Shown: positions 1 through 12,757 of the stretch, in pieces
Layout: every line of letters begins with the position of its first letter
How positions within the stretch are numbered: position 1 is the first letter of the stretch
Origin: Mobula hypostoma
Taxonomy: Eukaryota
Reading direction: 5' to 3'
Assembly: GCF_963921235.1 (NCBI RefSeq)
Contig: NC_086097.1
Coordinates: 4,836,001 to 4,900,000, forward strand
Length of the DNA stretch: 64,000 bases
The notes under the pieces: generated by a model
Seen by the model: the letters and a program-made list of their open reading frames with translations, nothing else
Told to the model about the DNA's origin: nothing
Database searches by the model: none
Position numbers and translations under genes: made by a program

Positions 1-977
1 ACTGATGATTTGGAAGAGGGGACTGAGTGTAGCGTAGCAAAATTTGCTGATGACATTAAACTGAGTGGAAAAGCAAATCGTGCAGAGGATGTGGAGAGTC
101 TGCAGAGGGATATAGATAGGTTAAGTGAATGGGCCAAGGTCTGGCAGATGGAATACAACGCTGGTAAATGTGAGATCATTCACTTTGGAAAGAATAATAG
201 AAGAGCAGATTATTATTTAAATGGTGAAAGATTGCAGCATGCTGTTGTGCAGAGGGACTTGAGAGTGCTTGTCCATGAATCGCAAAAAGTTGGTTTGCAG
301 GTACAACAGGTTATTAAGAAGGCAAATGGAATGTTGGCCTGTAATGCTAGAGGGATTGAATTCAAGAGCAGGGAGGTCATGCTGCAACTATACAGGGTAC
401 TGGTGAGGCCGCACCTGGAGTACTGTATACAGTTCTGGTCTCCGTACTTGAGAAAAGATATACTGGCTTTGGAGGAAGTGCAGAGGAGGTTCACCAGGTT
501 GATTCCAGAGATGAAGGGGTTAACCTATGAGGAAAGATTGAGTTCTCTGGGACTATACTCTCTGGAATTCAGAAGAATGAGAGGAGATCTTATAGAAACA
601 TACAAGATTTTGAAAGGGATAGATAAAGATAGAAGTAGAAAAGTTGTTTCCATTGGTAGGTGGGACTAGAACTAGGGGACATTGCCTCAAGATTCAGGGG
701 AGAAGATTTAGGACGGAGATGAGGAGAAACTGTTTTGCCCAGAGAGTGGTGAATCTGTGGAATTCTCTGCCCAGGGAAGCAGTTGAGGCTTCTTCATTAA
801 ATATATTTAAGATACAGTTAGATAGATTTTTACATAGTAAGGCAATTAAGGGTTATGGGGAAAAGGCAGGCAGATGGAGCTGAGTTTACGGACAGATCAG
901 CCATGATCTTATTGAATGGTGGGGCAGGCTTGATGGGCCAGATGGCCTACTCCTGCTCCTATTTCTTATGTTCTTAT
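1..977 (+). mobile_element. CR1-clade LINE, 3' fragment (RT C-terminus and 3' UTR)
   Basis: ORF 10-669 has KFADDIKL, RPHLEYCIQFWSP and SLEFRRMRGDLI; frameshifts into ORF 644-883 (RVVNLWNSLP); ends in a (TTCTTATG)-type tail. Confidence 0.92.
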
Positions 978-1037
978 TTAAAAATGACAAAACAAGCTTA
1001 TACATAGAACATTGCAAATCAAACTAGAGCTGGCATC

Positions 1038-1281
1038 ACACAAACGCAAGAGATTCTGCAGATGTTGGAAATCCAGAGCAACACACACTAAATATTGGAT
1101 GAACTCACAGGTCAGCCAGCATCTATAGAAATGAATAAACAGGATGTTCAGGCCAAGACCCTTCTTCGGGATCTGATGAAGCCTGATGAAGGGTTTTGGC
1201 CCGAAATGTCAACCATTTATCCATCTCCATAGATGCAGCCCGAGCTGCTGAGTTCTTCCAGTATTTTGTGTGTGTTGCTTC
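1038..1281. mobile_element. Miniature Penelope-derived hairpin element with a hammerhead-like core
   Basis: Inverted arms resembling the Penelope 3' end; CTGATGA-AGGGTTTTGGCCC-GAAA at 1183-1206; TSD AGAGCTGGCATC (1026-1037) / AGAGATGGCATC (1282-1293). Confidence 0.8.
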
Positions 1282-1388
1282 AGAGATGGCATCCATAGTG
1301 CCTCATTAAATGTGAATCAATTCATGGCCAGCCGGACTGAAGAAATGCAGACGTGTAGACATGAAAAGATCACATCTCTTTCATTTAG

Positions 1389-1551
1389 AAATAAGTCCTA
1401 CTGTTGTGGCAGTGGCTGAGATTTTCATCATTAAATCACAGTGGTATTCTGAACTTCTGAATGAAAGAGATTGGCGACTACTTGTGGGAAAACCCAACAC
1501 AATTGAGCCTGAGACACTGAAGAAAGAGTTAAGAATTTGTAAAACACCTCC
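1389..1551 (+). CDS. Candidate host-gene exon, unidentified (ISPTVVAVAEIFIIKSQWYSELLNERDWRLLVGKPNTIEPETLKKELRICKTP)
   Basis: Non-repeat sequence; acceptor CTCTTTCATTTAG, donor CC|GTGAGT, open frame; no recognisable homology. Confidence 0.3.
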
Positions 1552-2166
1552 GTGAGTTATTACAGCTCATAAAAAGCATCACAGTAGTTATGGTAATTAA
1601 TTGTGGGTGAAATACTCTAACAGGTGTAATAAGGCATTGCATGACATGTTTTTGTCAGCCTATCCATGCATCCACTAAATAATTACATTTTAGAAAACAT
1701 ATTTTCTGTGATAGCTCTATCCATTAGCATTGGCCACAGCTTGTTCCCATTCTGTAGCCATGCTGCTTATGTGAAATTCATCCAACTTGAATATAAGTGG
1801 TAAATGTTGCAACCAAGCTGCAGAGAGTTGTAAAGTCAGCCAGTTCCATCATGAGCACTCACTTCCCCACCATCCAGGACACCATCAAAAGGTGATGCCC
1901 CAAAAAGGCATCATTAAGAACCCGCAAGGACTTGCTCCCTTGTTTTACTACCATCAGGGAGGAGGTGCAGGAGCCTGAAGACACACATTCAATGATTCAG
2001 GATTAGCTTCCTCCACTCCACCATCAGGTTTCTGAATAGACAAAGAACCCTTGTACACTATCTTGATATTTATTTTTTCTTTTTTCCCTCTTTTTGAACT
2101 ACTTATTAATTTAATTTACACATATACACAGTATTGTAAGTTATAGTTTTTATTATTATGTATTGC

Positions 2167-3120
2167 GCAGAGCCTTGTCATCTTCAGAAGTTTTCTGATG
2201 ACTCTGCCATAGTCGGATGCATCAGCAAGGGAGATGAGGTTGAGTACAGGGCTACGGTAGGAAGCTTTGTCACATGGTGTGAGCAGAATTATCTGCAGCT
2301 TAATGTGAAAAAGACTAAGAAGCTGGTGGTAGACCTGAGGAGAGCTAAGGTACCGGTGACCCCTGTTTCCATCCAGAGGGTCAGTGTGGACATGGTGGAG
2401 GATTACAAATACCTGGGGATATGAATTGACAATAAACTGGATTGGTCAAAGAACACTGAGGCTGTCTACAAGAAGGGTCAGAGCTGTCTCTATTTCCTGA
2501 GGAGTCTTTAAAATCTGCCGGAAGATGCTGAGGATGTTCTCCGAGTCTGTGGTGGCCAGTGCTATCATGTTTGCTGTTGTGTGCTGGGGCAGCAGGCTGA
2601 GGGTGGCAGACACCAACAGAATCAACAAACTCATTCGTAAGGCCAGTGATGTTGTGGGGATGGAACTGGACTCTCTGACGGTGGTGTCTGAAAAGAGGAT
2701 GCTGTCCAAGTTGCATGCCATCTTGGACAATGTCTCCCATCCACTACATAATGTACTGGTTGGGCACAGGGGTACATTCAGCCAGAGACTCATTCCACCG
2801 AGATGCAGCACAGAGCGTCATAGGAAGTCATTCCTGCTTGTGGCCATCAAACTTTACAACTCCTCCCTTGGAGGGTCAGACACCCTGAGCCAATAGGCTG
2901 GTCCTGGACTTATTTCATAATTTACTAGCATAATTTACATATTACTATTTAACTATTTATTACTATTTTTCTACTACTATTCTATTACTATTTATTATTT
3001 CCATGACTATTACTATTTACTAATAGTAGTATTACTATTACTATTTATTATTTATAGTGCAATTGTAACGAAAACCAGTTTCCCCCGGGATCGATAAAGT
3101 ATGACCATGACTATGACTAC
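2167..3120 (+). mobile_element. Rex1/Babar-type LINE, 5'-truncated
   Basis: CHLQKFSDDSAIVGCI RT motif, LNVKKTK, YKYLG, SHPLH and RKSFL in ORFs 2158-2424 and 2525-2896; (TATGAC)n-like tail. Confidence 0.88.
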
Positions 3121-3364
3121 TATGTACTGCTGCCACAAAATGACAAATTTCACAACATACGCCAGTGACATCAGAGCTGACTCTGATTTGAGCAACTATG
3201 GAGGAAGTTACCCAAAGTATTATACAGGAGCGATAGATATCCAGAAAATACTTGATAAGTTATCAAGGTTGTCACTCTTTAATCCCTTGACTGAAATAAA
3301 CATTTTTTTTGCCATTTTCCATTGACTGTCTTTTGCAGCAAAATGATGCTCTTGTAATTTATAA

Positions 3365-3520
3365 ACAAGAGAAAGTCGGTAGATTCTGGAAATCCAGAGC
3401 AACACACAATAAATGCCGGAGGAACTCAGCAGGCCAGGCAGTATCCATGGAAATGAGTAAACAGTCAATGTTTTTGGACTATGTTTCCTTCACCGGGACT
3501 GAGAAGGAAAGGGAAAGATA
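3365..3520 (-). mobile_element. Penelope-like 3' terminal fragment (old family)
   Basis: GGAAATCCAGAGCAACACAC...GGAGGAACTCAGCAGGCCAGGCAG, matching the arms of the element at 1038-1281. Confidence 0.65.
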
Positions 3521-4056
3521 CTTGTTGCTTATTGTTAAAAATATTCCTACACAGACCGAAGAAACTCAGAAATCCTCACACAGTGATTAAAATAATTACG
3601 ATTCCTAGCAAAAAAAAATCATTCAAAACTAATGATGTGATTTCATGCACTAATACAACCCCAGGAGCCATTGTGTTCAAACCATGTCATTGCGTTCTGC
3701 ACAAAACTGTCTTGGTAATGTAGGAATTGTGCAGTGCACCAGGGCAAGGCATAAGTGCACCAAATGATGGAATTGATGTTATCAACTCTTCATGGTGGAG
3801 AAGCTCCGTTAATTAACTGTAAATAAAGACAAGATTCAGCTACGTGAATAGATAGTTGAACAGTTAAAAATTATTAGCTTAAAGTCTCTATGTATATAAA
3901 TGTCCAACAATCCTGATTTATGTACAGAGTACTGAATCACACCATATGACATTAATATGCAGGCATTAAACTCATTAGACAACTCAACCCTGTCCTGATG
4001 TCGGGTCATGACTCAACATTGAGCATTCAAAGTTCAGAGTAAATTTATTATCAAAG

Positions 4057-4689
4057 GGAGGAGAAGATGGCGACGCAACACAGCTTGCAGCGGCCACTCC
4101 AGCGAATGATATCTGTTATCTGTCAAGTAGGGTGCCGTGCACAATTCTGATTTGATGGAGGCAGACGTGAGAGCACGGAGGAGCATCTGGTGAAACTTCT
4201 GAAATGCCTGTTTCGCTGTCGCTGCTACTGTGTGATCCAGAATCTCTGGAGGGGAAGGCCCCGAGTCCTCGGCTTTGCTTGTTGCTCAGCGGCTGGGGTG
4301 GGATCGAAGCTCTCGGCAGAGATGGTGCTCGGTGCTCGGTGTCGGAGGGCTGGTCGGAGGCTCGAAGTTTTCAGACGGACTCAGAGTCGGCTGCGGTCAG
4401 GTGCTTCCAATGCATTGGCAAGTTTGTGGTGCTTCCGTCTGCATGAGATGATGGGGCTATCGGGACTTGAGACTTTTATTACCGTGCCCATGGTCTGCTC
4501 TTTATCAAATTTACGGTATTGCTTTGAACTGTTGTAACTATATGTTATAATTATGTGGTTTTGTCAATTTTAGTCTTGGTTTGTCCTGTGTTTCTGTGAT
4601 ATCTTTCTGGAAGGACATTGTATCATTTTTAATGCATGCATTTCTAAATGACAATAAGTGAGGACTGAGTGTCCTCATAATCTAATCTA
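4057..4689 (+). mobile_element. Non-autonomous LINE-associated retroelement
   Basis: Starts GGAGAAGATGGCGACG (YY1-like AAGATGGCG), CpG-rich 5' half, (AATCT)n tail; interrupts another repeat at ATCAAAG...AAAGTAC. Confidence 0.55.
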
Positions 4690-5084
4690 AAAGTACTTAA
4701 AAAGCATGAGATACAAAGAAACACAATAGAATCAAACAAAAACTACATACAACAGAAACAAATGAACAATCTATGTGCAAAAGACAATAAACTCTGCAAA
4801 TACAAAAAGGAAAAATAAAACAAAAAAACAAAATAATAACAATAAATAAATAACTAGCAAATATTATGAACACAAAATGAACAATCCCTGAAGGTGAGGC
4901 CATAGGTTGTGAGAACAGTTCAGTGATGGCGTGAGTGAAGTTTAGTGAAGTTATCCCTTTTGGTTCAAGAGCCTGTTGGTTGTGGGATAATAACTGTTCC
5001 TGATCCTGGTGGAGTGGGTCCTGAGGCTCCCGTACTTTGGTCCTGATGACAGTAGTGAGAAGAGAGCATAACCTAGGAGCCGCA

Positions 5085-5660
5085 GATCTGTAAAGATGGT
5101 TAGACCACAGTTGGAATATTGTGTTCAGTTCTGGTCACCTCATTATTGGAAGGATGTAGAGGCTTTAGAGCGGGTGCAGAGGAGATGTGCAGAGAAGATT
5201 TACAGGATGCTGTCTGGATCAGAGAGCATGTCTTATGAGGATAGATGAAGAAAGCTTGGGCTTTTCTCTTTGGAGGGAAGGAGGATGAAAGGTGGCTTGA
5301 TAGAGGTATATAAGATGATGAGTTATTGGTAGAGTGGATGGTCAGAGACTTCATGCCAGAGTGGAAATGGCCATTAGGAGAGGGCATAGTTTTAAGATGA
5401 ATGGAAAAAAGTATTGGGGGGATGCTGGACATAGGTTCTTTTGCATGCAGCGTGGTAAGTGCATGGAACATGTTGGCAGCGTGGTGGTAGAGGCAGAAAC
5501 TTTACAGACATTTAAGAAACTCTTAGAGTGGCACATGGATGATAGAAAAATGGAAGACTATGTAGGAAGGAAGGACTACTTTGATTTTAGTGTAGGTTAA
5601 AAGGTCAGCACAACATTATGGGCAGAAGTGCCTGTACTGTAATTTCTACATTCTATGTTT
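5085..5660 (+). mobile_element. CR1 LINE 3' fragment, decayed
   Basis: AGACCACAGTTGGAATATTGTGTTCAGTTCTGGTCACC (RPQLEYCVQFWSP) and the downstream CR1 3' region. Confidence 0.8.
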
Positions 5661-6489
5661 AGTTAGGCATTTGTACCACATTTTAGAACATGCCTGCACC
5701 AGAGAGACATCAGAGAGGGTGTGCAAAAGAGGTATACAGTCTAACAGTGGGCGATCGCAAGACCCTGTTGGGCATTGGTGACGTGGAATGCTGAAAAGTC
5801 CAGTTGACTGGTTGTTGCTGAATGGTGAAGGAGCTCTGTGGCCTCAATCGTAGCACGGACTAAGCCTCAAGCTGCAATGTTGACTGTTTGCAGCTGCTCA
5901 GGAGGAGGCATCCGATTCGGACGCTCCACTGGAATGCCAGAGGTGGTGAGGCACAGCATCCAAGCTGGAGTCAGTGCTGACCCCTAGTGTTCACTTGGCA
6001 GAAGACAAGATGTATTGTGTCGACTGCAGACTGCTGCAACATTCATGGACTCAGGGACTTACATTATATTTTTCATGTAACTGTATTTTATTGCTGTCTT
6101 ATATGTGCTATTTGTACCTTGTGCTGCGTGTGACTGTATGTTCTGTGTTTTGCAACTTGGTTGCAAAGTAACACTGTTTCGTTTGGCTCTATTCATGGGT
6201 ATTCATGAAGGGGTGAATGATAATTAAACTTGAACTTGTATCACATTTAAAATCATTAATATCAATTAACATTGATTTGTATTTGAAGGAGAGAATAAAC
6301 TATTATACTTTTAATTGGAAAATATACTCTCTAAAGTGGAATACAAAGGCTTTATATAGTTGTATTAACTAGGTTTGCAGTGCATAATTCCTATACTTAA
6401 ATAATGCAAACTAGACATCCAGAAATGCTGAAGAGAACACGGATCTTGAAGTACACACAACTTGACCCGATATCTTCAGTGCTGAGGTC

Positions 6490-6965
6490 CTCCATTGGTC
6501 ATGGTTGACCATAGATGTTGCGTCTGAGCTGACTACGTTATATGCAAGCCAGAGCAGTACAATATGTAGAGTAATCCGATGCCCTTGCCGCAGGCTCCCC
6601 CTCTCCACGTGAATGATGAATCCAAAGGAACAGCTGGGATTGATACTGCTTAGCACCAGCTGCATCACAGGAGTTACCAGTACCTCAGGGTTTACTCTGA
6701 AGCCTTCCCCATGAGTCGGTATAGCTGCAAGGTAGTGGAGGCTTGAGATCAGAGTTTTCCTTCTCCTAGATAAATGCCAACTACAGTTAGCGGGCCTCAT
6801 CTGCCCAAAGCAACTGGTTTTAAGGTGTCAGTAACAAATCTTTGCCCTTTCTCCTGTCAGTAGACATGGTTCCATCAAGCTTCGTAACCTAACCACACGA
6901 GAAGACTAGGAGCTGGATTGGGTTGTCAGAGACTATTTGATAATCATGCTATTGGGTGCATTTAA
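6490..6965. repeat. Unclassified dispersed repeat; other copies at about 26935-27455 (inverted) and 44915-45115
   Basis: Shared blocks, e.g. GGAGCTGGATTGGGTTGTCAGAGACTATT vs AATAGCCTCTGACAATCAAATCCAGCTCC, and TGACCATAGATGTTGCGTCTGAGCTG vs TGACCATGGATTTTGTGTCTAAGCTG. Confidence 0.65.
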
Positions 6966-7133
6966 TAGGTAGTGAGGTAGTGGGAGCTTATCCCCACTAC
7001 CCCCACCCCACTGCCCCCTCAGCTATAGAAAGCCTTAGGGAACCATTTTTCAATACATTTATAGTATAAACACTACTAGTTGTGGTCAGTCTAAAAATAA
7101 AATTCAGGTTGAAGAGTGAAAGGGATGAATATA

Positions 7134-7660
7134 GACTTAGTGGGCACTGTATCAGGTATAGGAGTGGGACATGCTGTACTCCTCTGCTCCTGTAGCCCAT
7201 CCACTTCAATGTTTGACATGTTGTGCATTGAGAGATGCTTTTATGCACATCTCTGTTGTAACACGTGGATACTTGAGTTACAGTCGCCTTCCTGTCAGCT
7301 TGAACCAGTCTGGCCGTTCTCCTCTGACCTCTCCCATTGAAAAGGTGTTTTCACTCACAGAAGTGGAAGGTTTTTTTTGGGTTTTTTTGCACCATTCTCT
7401 GTAAACTCCAAAAACTGTTGTACGTGAAAATCCCAGGAGATCAACAGTTTCTAAGATACTGAAACCACCCTGTCTGGCACCAACAATCATTCCACAGTCA
7501 AAGTCACTTAGATCACATTTCTCCCCTATTCTGATGTTTGGTCTGAACAATAACTGAACCTCTTGCCTGTGCTTTTATGCATTGAGTTTCTGCCACATGA
7601 TTGGCTCGTTAGATATTTGCGTTAATGAGTAGGTGTACCTAATAAAGTGGCTACTGAGTG
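7134..7660 (-). mobile_element. Internally deleted Tc1-like DNA transposon
   Basis: Degenerate TIRs (GACTTAGTGGGCACTGTATCAGGTA / TACCTAATAAAGTGGCTACTGAGTG) flanked by TA; ORF 7278-7550 DLSDFDCGMIVGARQGGFSILETVDLLGFSRTT is a Tc1 transposase N-terminal HTH. Confidence 0.85.
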
Positions 7661-7963
7661 TATAATTTAACACTGAAATTTAAAAGCTTGAACTAGTGCT
7701 GTGTGGTGACTGCGATAGTTTCCATCTCTGACCCTTTTCATTACATGAAGGAAAATAGCATTCTGTAACAACTGTAGTTCAACAGGTGCCTAGGCTTTAG
7801 TTCATTATGCTAATTAGTGTGCATATACGGAATAGTCTTTATAGAAGCTAATTTACAATAACACACCAACACTATGTGCTCTGCACATTTGAATGATTAT
7901 GGTCAAAGACTTCATTAAAATAAATTGGGACTTATGTTAAATCTGTAATTTGTTTCCACGTAG

Positions 7964-8056
7964 GACCTTCCATGAATCTGATGTGGTAACAAACAGATGT
8001 AGACAGCAGGACCTAAATGGCTCAGTTATTTTCAATCACACAAGCATGACCCTTTG
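7964..8056 (+). CDS. Candidate host-gene exon, unidentified (TFHESDVVTNRCRQQDLNGSVIFNHTSMTL)
   Basis: Acceptor TTTGTTTCCACGTAG, donor TG|GTGGGT; only one frame is open and its phase is compatible with the candidate at 1389-1551. Confidence 0.25.
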
Positions 8057-8149
8057 GTGGGTCATGCACCAAGAAATGAGTGGAGAGTGTAGGTATGGTA
8101 AAGAAAAGAAATGTTATGCTGTCGTTAGCTCTCAACTAAAGGCTACAGC

Positions 8150-8603
8150 TCCGTCATCACATGTTGGTCCACGGCCTTCCCTTGTGCCAAGATGAAGCCA
8201 CCTTCAGGGTGCACGATCAACGCCTTATATTCTGTCCCGATAGCCTCCAAACTGATGGTGTGAATATCAATTTCTCCTTCTGGTGAAAAAAAATCCTCCC
8301 CCCTCTCCTCCCCTCTTCTTCTATTCTTCAATTCGGCCTCTTCTTACCTGGTGTCATCTTGCCTGATTCCCTCCTCCTCCCCTTTCTCCTATGGTCCACT
8401 CTCCTCTGCTGTCAAGTTCCTCCCTCTCCACCGCTTTACCTTTCCCACCCACCTGGCTTCACCTATCGCCTTCTTCCCCTCCCCCCACCCTTTTATTCTG
8501 GCATCTTCTGAAGAAGGGTTTCAGCCTGAAATATCAATTGTTTAGTCATTTCTATAGATGCTGCCTGAACTTCTGAGTTCCTCTAGCATCTTGTGTGTAT
8601 TGT
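8150..8603 (+). mobile_element. Old Penelope-like element, 3' fragment (GIY-YIG C-terminus and 3' UTR)
   Basis: GTCCACGGCCT...GATGAAGCCAC...CCTTATATTC...AGCCTCCAA similar to 48550-48660; decayed hammerhead CTGAAGAAGGGTTTCAGCCTGAAA near 8508. Confidence 0.75.
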
Positions 8604-8779
8604 CATGAAGAATCTTGGTGTTACTCTAGTTGGCTGAGGTATGAACCTCAGAATCAGATTTAGTATCACTTGCATATATTGTGGAATTTGTAATTATATA
8701 ATAATAGAAAAACTATAAATTACAGTAAGGTATGTATACAGAGAGAGCAAAAGGAAAATAGTGAGGTAGTGAACATGGA

Positions 8780-11700
8780 TTCTTGAAGCTGTTCCAAACA
8801 TATTGAGTGTGTGTCTTTACGCTCCTGTGCTTCCTCCTTGGTGGTAGCAGTGAGGACAGGGCATGTCCTTGGTGATGGGGGTCCTTAATGATGGATGTTA
8901 CCTCTTTGAGGCATTGCCTTTTGAAGATGTCCTCGATGCTGTGGAGGCTAGTGCTGGCTGAGTTTGCCACTTTTTTTGTGTAATTTATTTGTTATTGAAG
9001 TTCATCATCAAACAAACATTTCCGTAAGATGTATTTCAGATACTGTACATATATATCATATAACCATATAACCACTTTTTATGATTCTGTGCAGTAGACC
9101 CTCTATTCCAGATGATAATGCAACCAGCTAGAAATCTGCCTGAGTCTTTGGTGACATACCAAATCCCCTCAAATTCCTAATGAAATACAGCCACTGTTTT
9201 GCCTTCTTTGTAATTGCATCAATATGTTGGGCCCAGGATAAATCCTCAGAGATGATGACACCCAGGAACTTGAAACTGCTCACCCCTTCCACTGCTGATC
9301 CCTCAATGAGGACTGGAAGTTTCCTTGACCTCCCCTTCCTGAAGTCTACAATCAAATCATTGGTCTTACTAACACTGAGTGCAAGGCTGTTGTTCCGACA
9401 CCGCCCAAACAGCTGAACTATCCAGCTCCTGTACACCTCCATGTCACCATCTGAAATTCTGCTGACAATAGTTGTGTCATCGGCAAGTGTTTGAACTGTG
9501 CCTGGCCAAACAGTTGTGGGTATGGGTTTAAAGGGAGTAGAGCAGTGGGTAAACACATATCGCTGAGGTGTACCGGTGTTGATTGGCAGCGAGGAGGAGA
9601 TGTTATCCCTGATCTACACTGACTGTGGTCTTCCGATGAGGAAATCAAGGATCCCTTTTCAGAGGAAGTCAAGTCAAGTCACTTTTTATTGTCATTTCGA
9701 CCATAACTGCTGGTACAGTACACAGTAAAAACAAGGCACTGTTTTTCAGGACCATGGTGCTACATGAACAATGCAAAAACTACGCTGAACTACGTAAAAA
9801 ACAACACAGAACTACACTAGACTACAGACCTACCCCAAGACTGCATAAAGTGCACAAAACAGTGCAGGCATTACAATAAATAATAAACAAGACAATAGGC
9901 ACAGTAGAGGGCAGTAGGTTGGTGTTAGTCCAGGCTCTGGGTATTGAGGAGTCTGATGGCTTGGGGGAAGAAACTGTTACATAGTCTCTTCGTGAGAGCC
10001 CAAATACTTCAGTGCCTTTTGCCAGATGGCAGGAGGGAGAAGAGTTTGTATGAGGGGTGCGTGGGGTCCTTCACAATGCTGTTTGCTTTACGGATGCAGC
10101 GTGTGGTGTCAATGTCTGTAATGGCAGGAAGAGAGACTCCGATGATCTTCTCAGCTGACCTCACTATCCACTGCAGGGTCTTGCGATCCGAGATGGTGCA
10201 ATTTCCGAACCAGGCAGTGATGGAGCTGCTCAGGATGCTCTCAATACAACCTCTGTAGAATGTGGTGAGGATGGGGGGTGGGAGATGGACTTTTCTCAGC
10301 CTTCACAGAAAGTAGAGACGCTGCTGGGCTTTCTTTGCTATGGAGCTGGTGTTGAGGGACCAGGTGAGATTCTCCGCCAGGGGAACACCAAGAAATTTGG
10401 TGCTTTTAACAATCTCTACGGAGGAGTCGTCGATGTCTAGCAGAGAGTGGTCGTTCTGTGTCCTCCTGAAGTCAACAACCATCTCTTTTGTTTTGTTCAC
10501 ATTCAGAGACAGGTTGTTGGCTCTGCACCAGTCCGTTAGCCGCTGCACCTCCTCTCTGTATACTGACTCATTGTTCTCGCTGATGAGACCCACCACAGTC
10601 GTGTCATCGGTGAATTTGATGATGTGGTTTGAGCTGTGTGTTGCAGCACAGTCGTGGGTCAGCAGAGTGAACAGCAGTGGACTGAGCACACAGCCCTGGG
10701 GGGCCCCCATGCTCAGTGTGATGGTGTTGGAGATGCTGCTCCCGATCCAGACTGACTGAGGTCTCCCAGTCAGGAAGTCTAGGATCCAGTTGCAGAGGGA
10801 GGTGTTCAGGCCCAGTAGGCTCAGCTTTCCAATCAGTTTCTGAGGAATGATTGTGTTGAATGCTGAACTGAAGTCTATGAACGGCATTCAAACATATGTG
10901 TCTTTTTTGTACATGTGGGTTAGGGCCAGGTGGAGGGTGATGGCGATGGCATTGTCTGTTGAACGGTTGGGACGGTACGCAAACTGCAGGGGGTCCAGTG
11001 AGGGGGGCAGCAGGGTCTTGACGTGCCTCATGACGAGCCTCTCAAAACGCTTCATGATGATGGATGTGAGTGCTATGGGACGGTAGTCGTTGAGGCAGGA
11101 CACTGAAGACTTCTTCGACACGGGGAGGATGGTGGCGGCCTTGAAGCATGTAGGAACGATGGGGCTGCTCAGGGAGATGTTGAAGATGTCAGTGAGAATC
11201 TCAGCTAGCTGGTCTGCACATCCTCTGAGCACTCTGCCAGGAATATTGTCTGGTCCAGCAGCCTTCCGTGGGTTGACCCTGCACAGGGTTCCCCTCACAT
11301 CGGCCACGGTAAGACACAGAACCTGGTCGATTGGAGGAGGGGTGGTCTTCCTCGCCGCCACGTCATTTTCCACCTCAAACCGAGTGTAGAAGTTATTCAA
11401 TGCATCTGGGAGGGAGGCATCACCAGCACAGGCAGGTGTTGTCGTCTTGTAGTTGGTGATGTCCTGAATGCCCTTCCACATGCGCCGTGTGTCTCCACTG
11501 TCCTGGAAGTGGCTGTGGATTCGCTGGGCGTGTGCACGCTTTGCCTCTCTGATGGCCCGGGGCAATTTGGCCCTCGCTGTTGTTAGGGCTGTCTTGTCAC
11601 CTGCTCTGAAGGCGGAGTCACGTGTCCTCAGCAGCGCACGCACCTCCGCGGTCACCATGGCTTCTGGTTAGCGCGTGTAGTGATGGTCTTGGCCACAGTG

Positions 11701-11960
11701 ACATCATCAATGCATTTGCTAATGTAACTAGTCACTGACGCTGTGTACTTCTCTAAGCTGGTAGAGTCGCCATTGGTTGCAGGAAGTACAGAGGCCCAGG
11801 TTTCGGAGCTTGTTGTTTAGTATTGAGGGTGTGATGGTGTTGAACACTGAGCTGTAATCAGTAAGCAGCAACCTGGTGTAGGCATTATTATTGTTCAGGT
11901 GATCTAAGGCCAAGTGGAGAGCCAGTGAGATTGTAGACTGTAGCCCTATTGCCTGGCTAG
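8780..11960 (-). mobile_element. Old Rex1-like LINE split by a younger Rex1 insertion (host pieces about 8780-9662 and 11788-11960)
   Basis: ORF 9128-9556 (ADDTT, FKFLG) and ORF 11728-11997 (DYSSVFNTI) are contiguous RT pieces on either side of the insert. Confidence 0.75.
9670..11780 (-). mobile_element. Rex1/Babar LINE, 5'-truncated, younger
   Basis: ORF 10888-11658 ([25 protein letters not shown]) and ORF 10303-10887 ([25 protein letters not shown]); (GACTT)n tail; AGGAAGT duplicated at 9663-9669 and 11781-11787. Confidence 0.92.
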
Positions 11961-12553
11961 ATCTTTGTAAATCAGATGCTTGAATAAGTAGGTACACAGT
12001 AGCTTTGCCCTTGACTTACCTTAATTTACCTGACACCAAAACCAGTTTGTACTGTCCCAACATATCAATGCAGCCGCAAAGAAGGCAAGACAGTAGCTAT
12101 ATTTCATTAGGAGTTAGAGGGGATTTAGTTTGTCAACTTCTGTATGTACTGTGGAAAGCACGCTGACAAGCTGCATCACTGTCTGGTATGGGGCGGGGGG
12201 CTACTGCACAGGACTGAGAGAAGCTAGAGAAAGTTGTAAAATTAGTCAGCTCCATCTTGGGTACTGGCCTCTGTCATATCAGAAACATCTTCAAGGAGTG
12301 GTGTCTCAGAAAGGTGGTGTCCATTATTGAGGACCCCTATTACCCAGGGCATGCCCTTTCCTCCTTGTTACCATCAGGAAGGAGATTCAGCAGCCTCAGC
12401 AATTCAGGAACAGCTTCTTCTCCACCATCTGATTCCTAGATGGACATTGAACCCATGAATACTACCTCACTTTTTGTTTAATATATATTATTTCTGTTTT
12501 TGCACTATTCTAATCTATTCAATATACATACACACATATATATACTTACTGTA

Positions 12554-12757
12554 AACAACAGGAATTCTGCAGATGCTGGAATTTCATGCAATACACATCA
12601 AAGTTGCTGGTGAACGCAGCAGGCCAGGCAGCATCTCTAGGAAGAGGTGCAGTTGACGTTTCGGGCCGAGACCCTTCGTCAGGACTAACTGAAACGTCGA
12701 CTGTACCTCTTCCTAGAGCTGCTGCCTGGCCTGCTGCGTTCACCAGCAACTTTTTTC
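12554..12757. mobile_element. Miniature Penelope hairpin element (young family)
   Basis: Inverted arms 12601-12662 and 12691-12752, nearly identical to the termini of 45173-49070; perfect 15-bp TSD TATATACTTACTGTA (12539-12553, 12758-12772). Confidence 0.92.
12651..12690 (-). ncRNA. Minimal type I hammerhead ribozyme
   Basis: Minus strand reads TAGTC-CTGACGA-AGGGTCTCGGCCC-GAAA-CGTC-AACT. Confidence 0.7.
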
